Assembly: GCA_030141605.1 (NCBI GenBank) | Contig: JAQGDQ010000027.1 | Coordinates: 248,001-312,000 of the forward strand | Origin: Tubiluchus corallicola | Taxonomy: Eukaryota > Animalia > Priapulida | DNA: 64,000 nucleotides | Direction of reading: 5' to 3' | Notes under the pieces: model-generated | The model's input: only the letters and a program-made list of their open reading frames with translations | What the model was told of the DNA's origin: nothing | Database searches by the model: none | Program-made: the position numbers and the translations under genes | Shown: positions 1 through 14,900 of the stretch, piece after piece | How the letters are laid out: the number at the start of each line of letters is the position of its first letter | Numbering within the stretch: the first letter of the stretch is position 1

Positions 1-251
1 ACAATTTCCAAGTAGTGTTTTAATGTAGCTTTTTGGGGAGGCTACAGCGGCCAGTTCTACTAATTTACTTGTTCAGGTTTATCTACATAGAAACAGTATT
101 GTACTTTACAAAATGTTAAAATTTGCGAGCAATATCAATTGCAAAACAATGTTCTGTACCTTATAATTTGTTGTATCTATGGCACTGTATCCATTTTTAG
201 CTATTTATTGCTGCATTTAAATAGTGTAAATGTAACATTTCTTTTTTTCAG

Positions 252-3196
252 CTGAAGCTCCGCTTCTGAACATCAGCTATAAGCCGCAGAAGATAAGCCC
301 AAAATCGCAGAGTACTGTACGGCAACTGCTACATGAGAAAATACGTGATGCTTATGTACATCCACAGTTTGTAGCTGATGTTATGAAACCCCTCCTTATA
401 GAGCAAATTATGGACCAAGAAGTAATATTTTACTCGAAATATAATGACATTTATAGTGCAAACTTGTTCTATTTTATACTGACCTTTGATTATATCTTAT
501 CGTGAATTTTCTTAATTTATCTCGTTTTCCAAACTTGGTCATTTCCTTGACCACTAAGGGCAAAGCCAATGTATCAAAATCTACATCATTTAATTAAAGT
601 CAAGACCACGATATCAAATAAACAGGCAAAATAAAAAGGGGATGTGTATAACAGTATAAATAATTACAATGAATAAATTTGCCATTCAGTATTTTGACTG
701 GACGAAAATTTCCACATCTGTACCTGACTGTGACACACAAGGGCAATTAGTGATACTTGTCGGGCAATTAAGTTGTTAACTTTTGTAGCCCTGAAGGTAA
801 TAACTAAGTTGAAGAAAGGAATGCCACTTATAAAAATGATAACTTAATTGCCGACAAACGGTTTCTGACTTTGGCTTTTCATTTTTAAATCAAGACCATA
901 TGATACATCTGCATGTACACTAAAAGCAAAGGGTTTCAGAGCCTGTACTACCTTGTTAGTGTATTCACAAAACAGCTCAGTCTACACAACCAACTCAATG
1001 AATGCATGATTTAACTATTTAGAAATCACATTGCACACTCTCAAATTTAAGCATTCTAATACTGGCAGTTCATTCAGATCAATTGTGACTACTGATAGTA
1101 GTCACAACTAGGGATGTGCATTCTCTATCAGACAGCAAATTCGAATCGAATTTGCGACCTTATAACTCGACTCCAATCAAACTGAATTTCAAGATTTCAA
1201 ATCCAAATAAGAATTTGAATTCAATTTTAAATATTTGAATAAATTTTTGAATCATTAATAAAAAGCAGTCTTGCAAAAGTCATGCATATTGCTTGATTTT
1301 TGTTCTGCAGTGAAAACACTAATGATTTGTTTAAAAATTTTGCACAGAAATCGCAACTAAATTGTTGATTGTGATGTTTCAGACGTTTTAACGATGAAGA
1401 ATGTAGGTAGTTGATTTGAGTCCATAATTTTAGGTTCAAAATAAAGTCAAATAAAAAATTTAAAAACTCGTTTGAATTTAATTCGAACAAGCTTGAATGA
1501 TCGATGCTCACCCCTCGTCAGGAATGAAGGTAGTAATTCGACTTTGATCATTTTAGTAACTATGCATCACTAGCACTTATTTGCTTCTTTCTACAGGTGC
1601 AAAATCTGTCAGGAGGTGAGTTGCAAAGAGTTGCATTGGTCTTGTGTTTGGGTAAGCCAGCTGATGTATACCTGATTGATGAGCCTTCTGCTTACCTGGA
1701 CTCTGAACAACGTCTGCATGCCGCTAAAGTTATTAAGAGGTATTTGTGTAGACAAATGAGTTCATCTGTTGATATTTTAAATTTAGTCATGTTGGCTGTT
1801 TGGCCTGATTTTGTAACTTTTTAACAGACTGTAGTGTCTAATTTACATAAATGTTTGGTTTGAATTATGCTTATTATGTGTATGAAAAAAAGATTTGATT
1901 TAATCCTATTTAGATCTCATTTCCTTCCCAATGACAGTCAAACTAAACTGCCTAAACTGATTCCCCATGGTTTTCTTGACAGTTCTTCTGTAGAGTTTTC
2001 GAACTGTTCCTGCCCTTTTGAAGCCAGAAGCACTCCTTACCCTTAAATACCAGATGACTTGTATGTGTTAAAAAGTGGAGATGTGGCTTGGAATAAGCTG
2101 CTACTAATATTACTACTACATACTTTAATATGTTCAACAAATGAATTTTTTACCAACAGCAAATTGTTCCAGCAAAAACCGAGCATTTTATCCCTACTGA
2201 AAGAGGCATTTGCAGTCATCTGTTTAATCTTTTCTAGGTTCATCTTACATGCAAAAAAGACTGCGTTCGTGGTGGAGCATGACTTTATCATGGCCACATA
2301 TTTGGCAGACAGAGTAATCGTGTTTGAAGGACAACCTTCTATGAACACTTTAGCCAATACGTAAGTTTCATTTTGTTTGTAAATTTTAAGATGTTACCAG
2401 GTTACAAGGCTTTGCATAGGTATTTGCTTTATTAATGCTAATATAAAAGCTAGCATTGCTAATTATTATATTTGCTGATACAAAAGCTCACATTCCTAAT
2501 TGCAGTTGCTATATAAACAAAGTGATTATTTTTCAGACCCCAATCTCTCTTAGCTGGTATGAATAAATTCTTGGAATCATTAGAGATAACATTCAGACGA
2601 GATCCAAACAATTTCAGACCCCGTATAAACAAACTAAATTCTGTGAAGGTAAGTAGTTATAGCATATTATAGATGACTTTACTTTATTTGTCCATTTGCT
2701 CACCATGAAATTTATGTGGTTTTACGTACTATAACAAAAGAAAACTAACAGAAATAAATTCAATCACTCATTACATAAGTGCCTATAAACCTTATACAGT
2801 GATATAGGGAATATTTTGGAATGCAAAAACATAAAAAAAATCTCAAAATTTGCAATATTATCTCAACACTGAATATGGTTTATTAGCACTTATGTAACGA
2901 CTAATTGAATTTGCTTGTGTTAATTTTCCTTTGTTGTAGTACGTAAAAACCACGCAAATTTCATTATAATGACAATAAATTGCTTATTTACTTGCTTCCT
3001 TTTATCAGCTATTGTTAAGACCTTCCAATAATGAACAGACAATAAATACATTATGAAATCAACATTATAGTAATGCATTTAGATGAAATAAAAAAACCCT
3101 GGAAATAAATACTTCTGATTCATTTAATCAACTATCATTTCATTTTAGGATGTTGATCAGAAAAAGAGTGGTAATTTCTTCTTTCTTGAGGACTAA
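252..3196 (+). CDS. ABCE1: ATP-binding cassette sub-family E member 1 (RLI1), last five coding exons; 5' part lies upstream of the window
   Basis: GT-AG exons 252-421, 1597-1739, 2238-2360, 2537-2648 and 3149-3196 join in frame: [17 protein letters not shown]...DQE|[40 protein letters not shown]...KR|[29 protein letters not shown]...|[12 protein letters not shown]...[18 protein letters not shown]|[15 protein letters not shown]. This is the highly conserved NBD2 and C-terminus of ABCE1. AATAAA at 3344. Confidence 0.97.
1109..1516 (+). mobile_element. non-autonomous hAT-like element (MITE) in ABCE1 intron
   Basis: Ends TAGGGATGTGCAT...ATGCTCACCCCT; subterminal TTCGAA repeats; partly matching 8-bp flanks GTCACAAC/GTCAGGAA; inverted second copy at 6701-7050. 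Confidence 0.7.
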
Positions 3197-5080
3197 GAGG
3201 AACAATTTGGAGATGCCGCTCACATGAATTAGATTTTGGCAGTTATCAGAGGCAAAACATATTCAAGTTACACGGGAAGGTACTTTAGGATAATTTGCAT
3301 ACGTGTTGGAAGTGGAACAAATATTCAAGTAAAAAATAGGAGTAATAAAAATGAAACTGAAACGAAGTAAATGGCATAAGACAAAGACTATTCTTACGTC
3401 GATAACTGCTTTTGTTTGTGATTTTCGTATTAATTGACTTTTAAATTATAACAAATAATTAATTAATTAATTCAAAGAGAAAAACTAGATTTTCCTCTTG
3501 CATTTCATGCCACGAACAGAGAGCCAGAATTTAACTCCTTGAAATGTCTCACCATTGTAAAGACGATTAAATAATGAGTTGCTCACAGTATCCTTGTGAA
3601 AACACTTTTAAGTTGATGTAGGAAAATTATTTTTATTATTCCAAACAAGTTTTTTTCTGTGAACTTTGGCTGTTATTAAAATGGATTGGTGTCACAGTTA
3701 GCTCTTCTACTTGCTTTGCAATTTCAAATTAAATGAAGCATTTTCAGAGATGTACAACATTACTGTCTCACAAACACTTTATTATTAATCAAGATTAGTT
3801 GATGCTACATTAAGAAATTACAACAGCAAAACACATCATCACACATTGGCAATTGCTTTCTAAATAGACTGGTTAACATGTTTCTATTAACACCAACACC
3901 TTATTCTACGTAATTAATTATACTACAAATTTACCTACACACAGACATTCAAAATCATGCTTCTTTCTAATATTGTAACATATGGATATTATAACTTACT
4001 CTTACATTAACCATACAAAACTTCTGCGTTAAAAATCTTCTCACAGTTTGTCTCACTTCCTGCCTCACCAAAGCACCAATAGACTATAAATTTATTTACC
4101 ATGGTCAGCAGCATTCTCCTTTAATTCTCTGTATATATTGACAAATAGTTATGCTATGTGACAACAGCAAATGTATTTGAACATGAATATTAGCTGAACA
4201 TATCGCTCGATAGTTTATAAATACTCTACACAAAATCATGTATATGAGTAATTGTTTGATACGTATACTTAAACTTGATTAACTGTAGTTTACTAATAGC
4301 CTATTTGTAGGTATTCACAGATTAGTATTGCTTCCTGTTGAAGCTATTCAGTATTCACAGATTGTTATCATATTGCTTCTTATTTCTTTTCAATCTTTGG
4401 CAACTATGAAATGAATTAACCGAATCACCGGTTCAACAACGCGGGCAAGTTTACATCACAGTTTAAACAATTTACAATACTTTGCCCGCAACAAATGAGC
4501 ATTTGCAAACTCTGTCAAGTTATGACTAGATGCTTTTACTAGATAGTAACAAATACGTTAGTAATAGCGTTAAAAATTTCACAAAATCCGTACATGCCTA
4601 CCCACTCTTGTGCATCAACAATGTTCGTAACGTGTGTTCATTTTCCTAATTTATATAAATACTAATAAAATAATATAAATGATAGCTTGATTACAGGACA
4701 AAATAAACTGCGTAATAAACTATAATCGCTTAAAATTGTAACAACAAGTACAAAATACCTTTAACAATCCATTATGTGTTTCAAAACTTCTAATTTTGGC
4801 AGTTTCTGCCGACGCTTGGTGATGCAAAAATAATTAAACCTGATATCACCAGACTAGAATGATAAGATTATACTCGAGGCTCCTTACTCAAGAGTAGATG
4901 TTTTTTTTTCAATGGTATTAACTTTGCAGTCCTAATTTTCATTCATTCACTGTAGTCGTGATACTATTTAGTATATAAGGCTGCTATGTGACTTCAAGAA
5001 ATGGCAAAACAATTTTTTCTAGCCTCATCTTCAGGTTTCGAGTAACCTAACTTTCTAAAGTGTATCAAAGATAAAAAATG

Positions 5081-5487
5081 TACGGGGTTGTCCAAAAATG
5101 TTTCCCTAAATTAACTCATTACCCTCCATCCTGGTAGAGGTGCTTTTGTAAAGAAACCCTCATTGTCATGTAGCCCAGTTACTATTTTTTTCCAAAAAAC
5201 TGTAAACTATCCCTCCAAGATCCCACCAAATGTGCAGGATGTTTTCTATACAGTGTTTTTATGAATGGTGTGAGAAAACCTAAAAAACTGCCGCTTTTTA
5301 CTCATAGCGAAACACTGTTTTGAAAAAACGTGCTAGTGGCACTTTGTAGAGGTCTTATCTTGGAGGGAAATTGGTCACTTTTTGGAAAGAGCTCAGGCTA
5401 CATTGTGATGTGGGTATCCCTACAAATGCATTTACTAGGATCAAAGGCTGTGAGTTAGTTTGGGAGTTTTTTGCTCAACGACCGTGT
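5081..5487. mobile_element. decayed Tc1/mariner-like foldback MITE
   Basis: TACGGGGTTG start; imperfect long inverted arms (TCCCTCCAAGAT/ATCTTGGAGGGA, TTTTCCAAAAA/TTTTTGGAAA, ATGTAGCC/GGCTACAT). Confidence 0.55.
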
Positions 5488-5928
5488 GTCTATGAACTTT
5501 CGACCCAGTGGTATTGTCCTTGTTGCTTTTCTATACCATACTAATTTTTAGTTTAGCCTTTGAGGCACACTGAGTGGTCCAGTTGTGAAATACTGCATGG
5601 TAACTGGTGACTCGAAAATGCAATTATGTACACATACAAGGTCATGACAACACTGGGGTGTTTAAACAATGAACATTGAAGTAGAAAGTAAACTCGTTAC
5701 ATGAAGCTGCGCCTGAGATAAACAGTGAATGATAAACCACAGAACTCCTTGCTTTAGCTCTGTGCTGAACACAGACAAGACAATTTAATGCAATGACTAA
5801 AAATAATTGAGTTTTAATATTTCATTATCGCATAATGGAAGTGTGGGCAACATAACACATTAATTAAGTAATGATCAATATTAACAACAACAACTCGCAT
5901 TAATTCCTTTTGTTTGCATTCCTCGTCA

Positions 5929-8900
5929 CTAAGCACCTATAGGAACAATCTCTTCCTCAGGTATTCCTTCCTCGGGACACACTTCCAGTATCAGCTGCAG
6001 CAGCATTGTCAGTTTGGCTGCAAATATACAACAGGTAAGATGAAAATCAGTACACAACGTTGAAATCACACACACAGTATCTAAATGTGTAAAATATCAG
6101 AATATCAATGTTTCTAAAAATTTTCAATCTTCACTGTGTAGTTTATTTTTAATCAAATCCTAAAATATTGTAAGTGGTTGGCCTAATAAAAATTCAAACT
6201 CTACAACAATTTGAAATCAAAGAAATAGCTGTAGGCTTTGTGAATCTAACTCGTATAAATAAGATCACCAATAATAAAACGATATTCTTTTCTTTATTAA
6301 AATAGGCCCCTCTTGATTTGTGAATCTCTACTTTTCGGAGAGGTCATAAGTCATTTATTTCACAACATGTTTGCAACAATTTTGTGAACAGAAATATGAA
6401 AAGGCCTACATTTTTTTACTGTTTCTGAACAAGAGAAGCCTCACACTATGATTGCCTATACATAAATGTAAATGTGTTGTGGCACAATTAAATTGTAGGG
6501 CTTGTTAGATTGTACCACCCTATGAAAGTAAAAAAGGAATGAATATAAACTGAATATTATAAGATGAGTCACGCAACAAGGAAAACATTTAGTGCTATGG
6601 GGGGAAAGATACAATGAAAGAAGCTCATATATATAATGATATAAAAGATAAAGAAGTGAAAGTTCTAACTCCTCGATCCCATTAAAACTTTTTTATTAAG
6701 TAGGGTTGAGCATCAAAAGTGCGAATTAGATTTGAACAAGTTTTTTCATATGAATTCGATTAAAACATACAATTATGGATTCGAATAATTCACCAGTTCA
6801 ACTACAATCATGCAATTAGAACACTTTAACGGCAATTTCTGTGTACAATTTTTAAACAAAATATTAGTGTTTTTACTGGAGAACAAAATCAAGCAATATG
6901 TATGTTCTTTGCAAGACTGCTTTTTATTTATGATTCGAAAACCTTTAAAACCGAATTCGAAATCTTGAAATTCTGTTTGATTGGAATTTGAAAGTCAAAG
7001 CGATTCGAATCGAATTCGCTTTCAGGTAGAGAATGCTCCTCCCCTCCCCTACCATTATTCCTAGATCTCAAGTGTTTGCCTCATAAATGAAATTCTTTAA
7101 CTTAAATATTCATATCCTTCAACTTCATACTTTACTTAAAAACCTAGTCCCAGAGCAAATGAACGTCAGATGTGTATAGCCTTAAAACATTTTACCAATG
7201 TACCAATGTTTATTTTGATAAAGAAATGAATGAAGCCATTTTATTGGCGATTTGATTTAAAATCAATATTTTGTCTTACCCATGAACTTGAATCGTACTT
7301 TGTACTGTACTAATGGAATGTAAAACAATAGTCCCGATGCAATGAACAACATAGCATACAGATACTCCATCTGAGGGCTGTCGACAATCGGAGCCACCAC
7401 AAGATAACAGCTCATGGCAAACACAAATATCGGAATTACCAGCGGCACCTGTGATAAATAATTCAAACAATTAACAACGAAAAGAAGTGCTTGATTAATG
7501 CGCTGCAGGGACTTGTGCATACGCTCTCTACCTTTGTTTTGTAAACTTTTAAACGTGTTCATTGTTGTTATAGTAGTTGTTGTTGTTGCTGTTGCTGATG
7601 CTGCTGTTGCTGTTGCTGCTAACATTTTGGCATTTCTTACAAATTTAGCGCTATTAGTGTTTTCACATATCTGCGATGAGCAAAATGCAAAAATAATATC
7701 ACCTACTAGTTAGAAGATAGCTATCACTTCTTCTTACTTATCCATTACTTGTATGCTATGATTTGCTTGCTTACAATATTAATTTTTATCTCTTTTCTGA
7801 CATCTTCTTGAAAAGATAGCACAGTTTAAATTTAAATAGGATTTGTTATGCTTAGTTCTTCAGGATTAACAAAAAAGACTAGAACAATGTTTACATCTTT
7901 ATTAACTATGTCTTAAGGTCTTTCCTTGTACCTTGATTGGTCGATGAACATTCGGTTTCGTGTAGCGCAATACCAGCAGAGCTAACATTGTCATTCCGTA
8001 AAACACCCATGCAGAAAAACTGAAAAAGTCTATCAGTGCTTCCAGATCTGTGAGAGCAACCATGATAATGGCAATGATAGCCTACAATGCAAGCAAAAAA
8101 TTCTCCTTTATACGTCACATGCAGCAGCATTATTTTGACAGAGAAGAGAAAAGATGAGTGGTCACGGTGTGTGCTGAACGACCCAAATTAAGAAACAGCT
8201 AATCAGTATATTGATAGGTGACTGCCATGAAAACTTTGTGGGCAGTTTTGTTTGTCATTCTGCCTCTGGTTGTTTATTTCGTTGATGGACATCATACATG
8301 ATACATCTGAACTTGGCTAAGATATTGCTGCTGATTCAGCGTCTCGCCTTAGACTTACGGGAGTATTTTTTATAATCGGTTATGTTCTAGTCCAGCCATC
8401 ACCGTTTATATTAAGAGAACGTCCTGCGCTTGAGGGGGTGCACCTGTCTTGAAAATGCCAAGCTGCTTAAAAATAAGATACTTATTCTGCACAGGACACA
8501 TGTCGCTTGAGTACAGAATTTCATTCACTTACATTAAACAGAAGAGCAGGACATGGCGTGTATCTTCTCACATGAACATAAGACAGTACGTCAACCATGT
8601 GTCCTTCCCTAGCTGCTACATAGCACAACCTATAAAAGAAAGGCATATTACCCAATTCATAATATCCACTAACTTTGTCTAACTTGTTAGTACCTTCATA
8701 AAAATGCATTTTCCTGTTGATGCAATAAATACTATTGTCTATAAACACTCAAAATTAGCCAGCAAGTCTAATTAGGCAGCAAGCCTAGCTAGCATGATTA
8801 TAAACAATGGCAAGTCATGTATGACGTATATTGTATTTATTATTTGCTAGATATGCATATAACTCTACACTGTGCATCATAAGTACAAAGCAATTACATT

Positions 8901-11900
8901 ATCCTTTATAATAAACTTTCTTGCTAAAATGTATCCTTTTCCAGCTGCTACATGTCTCATCAAGCTGAACTAGGAACTTATTAGCTAAGGTGTCATTTAT
9001 TAACCACAGTGAAGTTTATTGGCTTACCTGCTGGCTGAAAAACAGCTGCCATTAGCCGATCCAAATGTTGAAAATGCTACAGACATTGGTATTATCCAGG
9101 CCATTATTCCTAACATATCATTGCCCCAAGTCTGTAAAGCAAAATTAGAACAATTGTGATCTATTGCAACTATTGTAGTGAACGTTGAGCAGTCACATTC
9201 ACTAGTGATTTAAATTCTCATTAACAACCGCTATAGACAATGCTGTTTGTTATGAATGTTCTTCTGAATTTTACCACAAATATGATCAGAATTATCATAC
9301 CACAGCCACAGCGTCTGATGCAAGCAAATCAGTTGTCGACATGACAGTAAAATACGATATGTTGGTTAGTACGTAGAGGATCGTCACAAGAGGAATGCCC
9401 CAGATGATGGACAAGGGAAGATTCCTGTAAAATGCGAAATGCTGTTAGTTTTACTGACCTGGTTCCCTGGTTCAAATTCAGGCTGTATTCCAACTTTTAT
9501 CACATTTCCTGTTTACAAATTTAATTAATTGTGGGCTTGAACCATTATTAAAATAATATTGTTTATTATTAAGACTATAATAACTAGGCATTACTTTTCA
9601 ACGATAATATCTTTACATGGAAAACTGGCATCCTTTATTTTTATGGACAGGTTTTAGTATTCCAAAAATTGGTATTAGTAATTATGGTATTGTTTTGATA
9701 TTTTGTAAGTTAGGCCTACCTATTGGGATTTCTCAGTTCCTCTGTGACAAAATTCAGGTTATTCCAACCATCGTATGCCCACAGCCCACTGTAAAAAGCA
9801 AGAGCAATGTCCGAGGCAGACGACGTTGTGCCTTTAAAGCCGTCCTTTAGATTTTCTGTCTTTCCTGTAAAAGAAATGACAATTGACAGTGTTGCTGTAG
9901 GTCAGTGTTGTCAACACAGTAAGGCCTACGTCTCGCGGTGACTAGATGCATGTGGCATATGACATTTTGTGAGTGTACTCACTAAGAAACTAATAACAAG
10001 TTTTGTGACGTGTAATATAGTGTGGTGCTACACTTTTTGAGTCAGTCAGTGTCGCCGTTCACCAAATCATTGTCTGTGCACCAAAGCCGGGTATCTATCC
10101 GGCAGGTTTTGCGACCCTATTTTTCTTCGTTTGCTAGTCAACATGAAGTAAAAGAGATTGCCTAAATTTGGGTTTACCTGGCATCCAGAATGCGTTATGC
10201 GTTATCAACCTGCGGAATAGTTGCTTATAAAAAATCAATATGGAACAGATGCAGAAAAAATAACGCATAACACAGGCCTGATAAACGGGTGCATTGAAAA
10301 CAATATAACCCGATATCATCTATTCCGCAGCCGCATAACGCATACGCATTCCAGGTATCAGGTAAATGCCACTTAAGAAAGCGCGATGCCTAACAAAATA
10401 TCAGCCTCATAATCAGTGCATAGACAGGTTCTTATAAATTCGCACTGCTCAGACTGCTCGCGGAAAAAAACGGCGACAAAACTCTCTAAAAAGTGTGACA
10501 TTAAAATAACTAATTAGAATTATTTCAAATTTCATCATGACTGGTAGCACAATAGTAACATACCAAGCGCTAAATTTATCATTCCTCCGACTATAATGAT
10601 GCCAAGAGCAAGAATTTTGGCAAACATGAAAAAGTTCTGTACGCTGGTGGCAGCTTTAACACTAGCACAGTTCAGTACTGTTATCATCACTGCAAAAAAA
10701 AAACAAAATATTATAACCAAATAACTTAAGTCATGAAATTAACGTACATGCAAATAATTTTCCTGGCTGGACTTTGTGCTAATGCAGCAAGTCACAATCC
10801 ACTTCAAAATTTTGCCTTTGAAGTAATCAAAATCACCCAAGCTGAGCTTGTTCAATGCAGAATTGATCCCGTGCTTTACAATAATTTAATAAAGCCTTTG
10901 TCAGTTGAAACTTAGTAACTAAATCCAATTTTCGCTGCACAAAAGACGGTTCCCACTAGGGGTAGCTTTAGCAATCCAATCCGCAGCACTGAACATTAAA
11001 ATTTTCATTTGTAAAAGCGACAAGTTGCTAACCCTTAATGCGCTCTCCTTAACCCTTTAATGCTAACCCCTAATGCAATTAGAATTGGAATGTAGGCGAC
11101 ATAGTTGCGCCTGTATCCAAAAATAGGTTTCTTGTTAACTTTTGTGCGCATACAATTCTGATAATACTGCAATTTGACTCCACGCGATAACTAAGAACTT
11201 CTATAATAGGCCGTAATTAATTAGTATAACTTAGAAGAAAATGTGGGAAGTCAAAGTAATTATCACCCAAAGGTTTGCCATGAAAGCTATTTTCATGTTA
11301 ACTAATTTTGCAGGTATAAACTGAAACTGGGAACCTGAGAATTAAAATGATAGAATTCACCTATTACGATAGCTATTGCATGTTCATGTACCATACTGCT
11401 GCAGCTAGTTAATTAGTTCTTGACAAAAACACGAACAATACTAATTATAGTTTGCGTGTAAACAATTATTTTATTGACCTTAAAGCTTATGTACGACACA
11501 GCGTTACAGGTTTTGTGCAAACTTTCCCACTTAACAACATCGACAACTTATTAATAACTGCTTCAAATGTTTACATTTATTTATGTTTACAGAAGTTTCA
11601 AAATAAACTGCCTTACTCTCAGTCGGCGGTTCATTCTGATTATTGACGAATGCCTTTAACATTTGCACGCATGTATACATTATTACTTCTCTCCATAATG
11701 AACACCGCTAATTAAGAACACCTGAGTAACATAAGAATGTTCCAGTCTTATTACTGCAACACTGAACTACATTATTGGAAGCAGAAAATTAAATTTCCTA
11801 GTAGCACGGCTTTTTAGTGCATAAATGCAGGTCTGGAAGTAGCGATATCATTCCATTTCGATGAACTAGCTTATGTAGACAATCCCAAGCAGATCGTGGC

Positions 11901-14900
11901 CAACATTGATAGACGCAGAACGAGAAGAGACCTTCAGGAAAACAAGTGGAATGAGATTCCTACAAATGCTTGCATTCTCCGTCAGAGAGAGGTATTAGTG
12001 AATAATGCGAAAGTAGTTATTCATATGTAAAGGCAGAAAAATAAATATTATAATTAAAGCCAGCTGGCAAACAAGACTAGTTGCAACGTCACGAAGCCAA
12101 TTTAAAAACGAAAAAAATTCTGCATTGGAACCAGTTAAACGCGTTTAAAACTCAGCAGAATATTTAGTTTCAAACACTTCGTGACCTTCTTAGTTTCTAA
12201 AATTCTAAAGGCGTAATAGTATATCCCGTTACATTGTGCCCAGGGCTTGGATAATTAATGGGCTTTCAGTTTTTACTCCTTTAGTTGTTGGCAAACAAAT
12301 ATGCAACAACAACAGTCTACGGTTTCAAGGATAACTGGAAAAAGGCGAGTTGCCATTTAAAAAATATAGCTAAGAAAATGTAAGAATTTTCATGATTTAG
12401 GCCAGAAAAGAAGAAAAACTACATAAAGAGAAAAGATGAGTCGCCATTTAATCTATTGTAAGGTAGTTTAGGAAATTTCATGGTTAGGACTAAAAAGAAA
12501 ACGTTGTTCATATTCAAGTATAAACTTTACATATATCATGCGTGTAAGCGTTAAACGAAGACTAACTACTTATAGCGGATCTACATAACAGAACTTAGGA
12601 TTCTCTTTGGAGCCATTTAACGATCAGTACTTTAGTAGTACAGGGCGTTCCAAAACAATAGAGCAGTAGAAAAATAACTAGTATGTAGTAATACAGAAGT
12701 AGACTTCTGCATTATAACATCACGATGACGTAAATTAATTCCATACCTTACCCATATAACTTGTATGATCATTGGATATCCACTATTTAACCATGTTTTA
12801 TAGTGTGACGTTGGTGTGACATTTACTAGTGCACAGTCTTTCTTAAACACCCTGCATTAGTGAAAAACGCAAAATGGTGGAAGCAGACACCCAACTATAA
12901 AAAAGGTCTGGGTAAGCCAGCAGGTACAGCAGCAAATTGCAAAACTAATCTCATTATTTTTATTAATTTACTAACCAATTAGTGATCTCTTAATAATAAT
13001 AATAACAACAATAATAATAATAATAATAATAATTTTTTAGCCTGACTTCCCAGACGGCTCGTCGACTTTGCAGAGTTAATAATAAAGTAAGATCACAGAA
13101 CTAAAAAATGTTACACTACACAAATTAAAATTTACAGAAACACCTAAAATTTACAGATTACAAATTAAACGTACTCGAAAATAAAAATGTTTTTAGTCGA
13201 GATTTAAGACAAAGAAGTTATGGAGACGTTTTGACACCAAGAGGCAGCTGCTTCCAAAGATGCGGGGCAGCATAAGCAAATGACCAACCACCAAAAGTGA
13301 CAAGACTAATCCTTGGCACATTCAAATAGTACAGATTACTTGATCTGAACTGCCTACTAGGCACATACCGTGAGACTAATTCTGTTAAGTAATTTTGGGG
13401 CAGCACCATTCATGCACTTGTATACGAGCACCAAAATTTTGAATTCTATTTGGGAGTGGATAGGCAACCAGTGTAACTGAGCCAAAACTGGAGTTATGTG
13501 ACCATTTTTTGTCTGAGAAATCAACCGCGCAGCAGCATTTTGAACCCGTCGCAATTTCAGTAAATGACAATCGATGCACCATTTAGATTTATTTATTCAT
13601 CAAAAAGAAGAGAGTTGCAGTAGTCTATCTCACTTTACTAATATTCCTAAGCTGAAAAAAGGCAGCACTGCAAATGTGATTTTTTCTATGCGTCATATTA
13701 CAATCAAAGAAACATCCAATATTTTTGTAACAGCAGACAAATAAAATCGCTGAATTTGAAAATTTCTTCGATTGACTTGGAGTACCAAAATGTATTTCTC
13801 AATCTTAGAGTAGTTTAAGGTAAAAAATTTTTGCACCATCCATGATTTAATTTCAAAGACACAAGCTTCTATAGCTAATTTAGCATTTTGCTCAGATACA
13901 GAATCATCAGGTTTGAAAGACATATAAATTTGTGAATCGCCTGCATAGAAATGATAATTTACTCCATGTTTGCGAATTATATCACCAACAGGGAGCACAT
14001 ATAGTACATATAGTATATATAATTAGGCCAAGCACTGTGCCCTGTGGTACTCCAGCCTGGGCGCCAATTTTTGAAGATGTAACGTTATTGATGTGTCCGA
14101 TTACCAATGTAATATTTAAACCTGTCCAGAAGTAGGCTTATACCAACGCGTTTTCAAGTCTCATCAACAACATATCAAGGTCAATGGTAACAAATGCAGA
14201 ACTAATATCAAATAGGACTAGGCAGACAACCAGCTGCTTGTCCAAAGACATTTGAATATCATTCTGAACTCGCAACAATACAGTTTCAGTACTGCAGTCC
14301 TGAATGTAGGCAAACTAAAGTACCTCACCCAGTCCATTGACTTGCAAATTCTGTGCTATTTGAGATGATACAGCTCGTTCAATGACTTTAGACAAGAATG
14401 TAAGATTAGAAATTGAACGAAAAGGAAAGGCCAAGTCTCCTGGGAAGTTAGACTTAGTTCAGTGTTTACAAAAACTGTTAGGAGGATTTAGAAATAAAAG
14501 TGCGAAACAAATCACTATAAAGTGGCGATCATTTCACGCTTGGGCGCTCCCATTTTGTACGCCAATTCTTTGACCAATAACGTCATTCGTCGACTGAAGA
14601 AAAGCAGCGCACATTTTAATTTCTGTCAAAAAGTATAATAAATTTTTACAAAAAAAATTAGGCTGCTAATTTTGTCGTACCTTTTGATTGAGCATTAGGC
14701 AAGCTGCAAAAGTCTAAATTAGTTCAAGAAGCACGCGTTTACAGAAAGTCACGACACCAGCTTTGTAATAATTTTCAAGTGAAACCTGAAAATTTATGTA
14801 TATATGTTTTATAAATTAACTATATGGTTTGTAGACAATTATTTGCAAATTTCTTTGTCTTTTTAAGTTTAAGGAATAACAGCAGAATAGACACGACATG

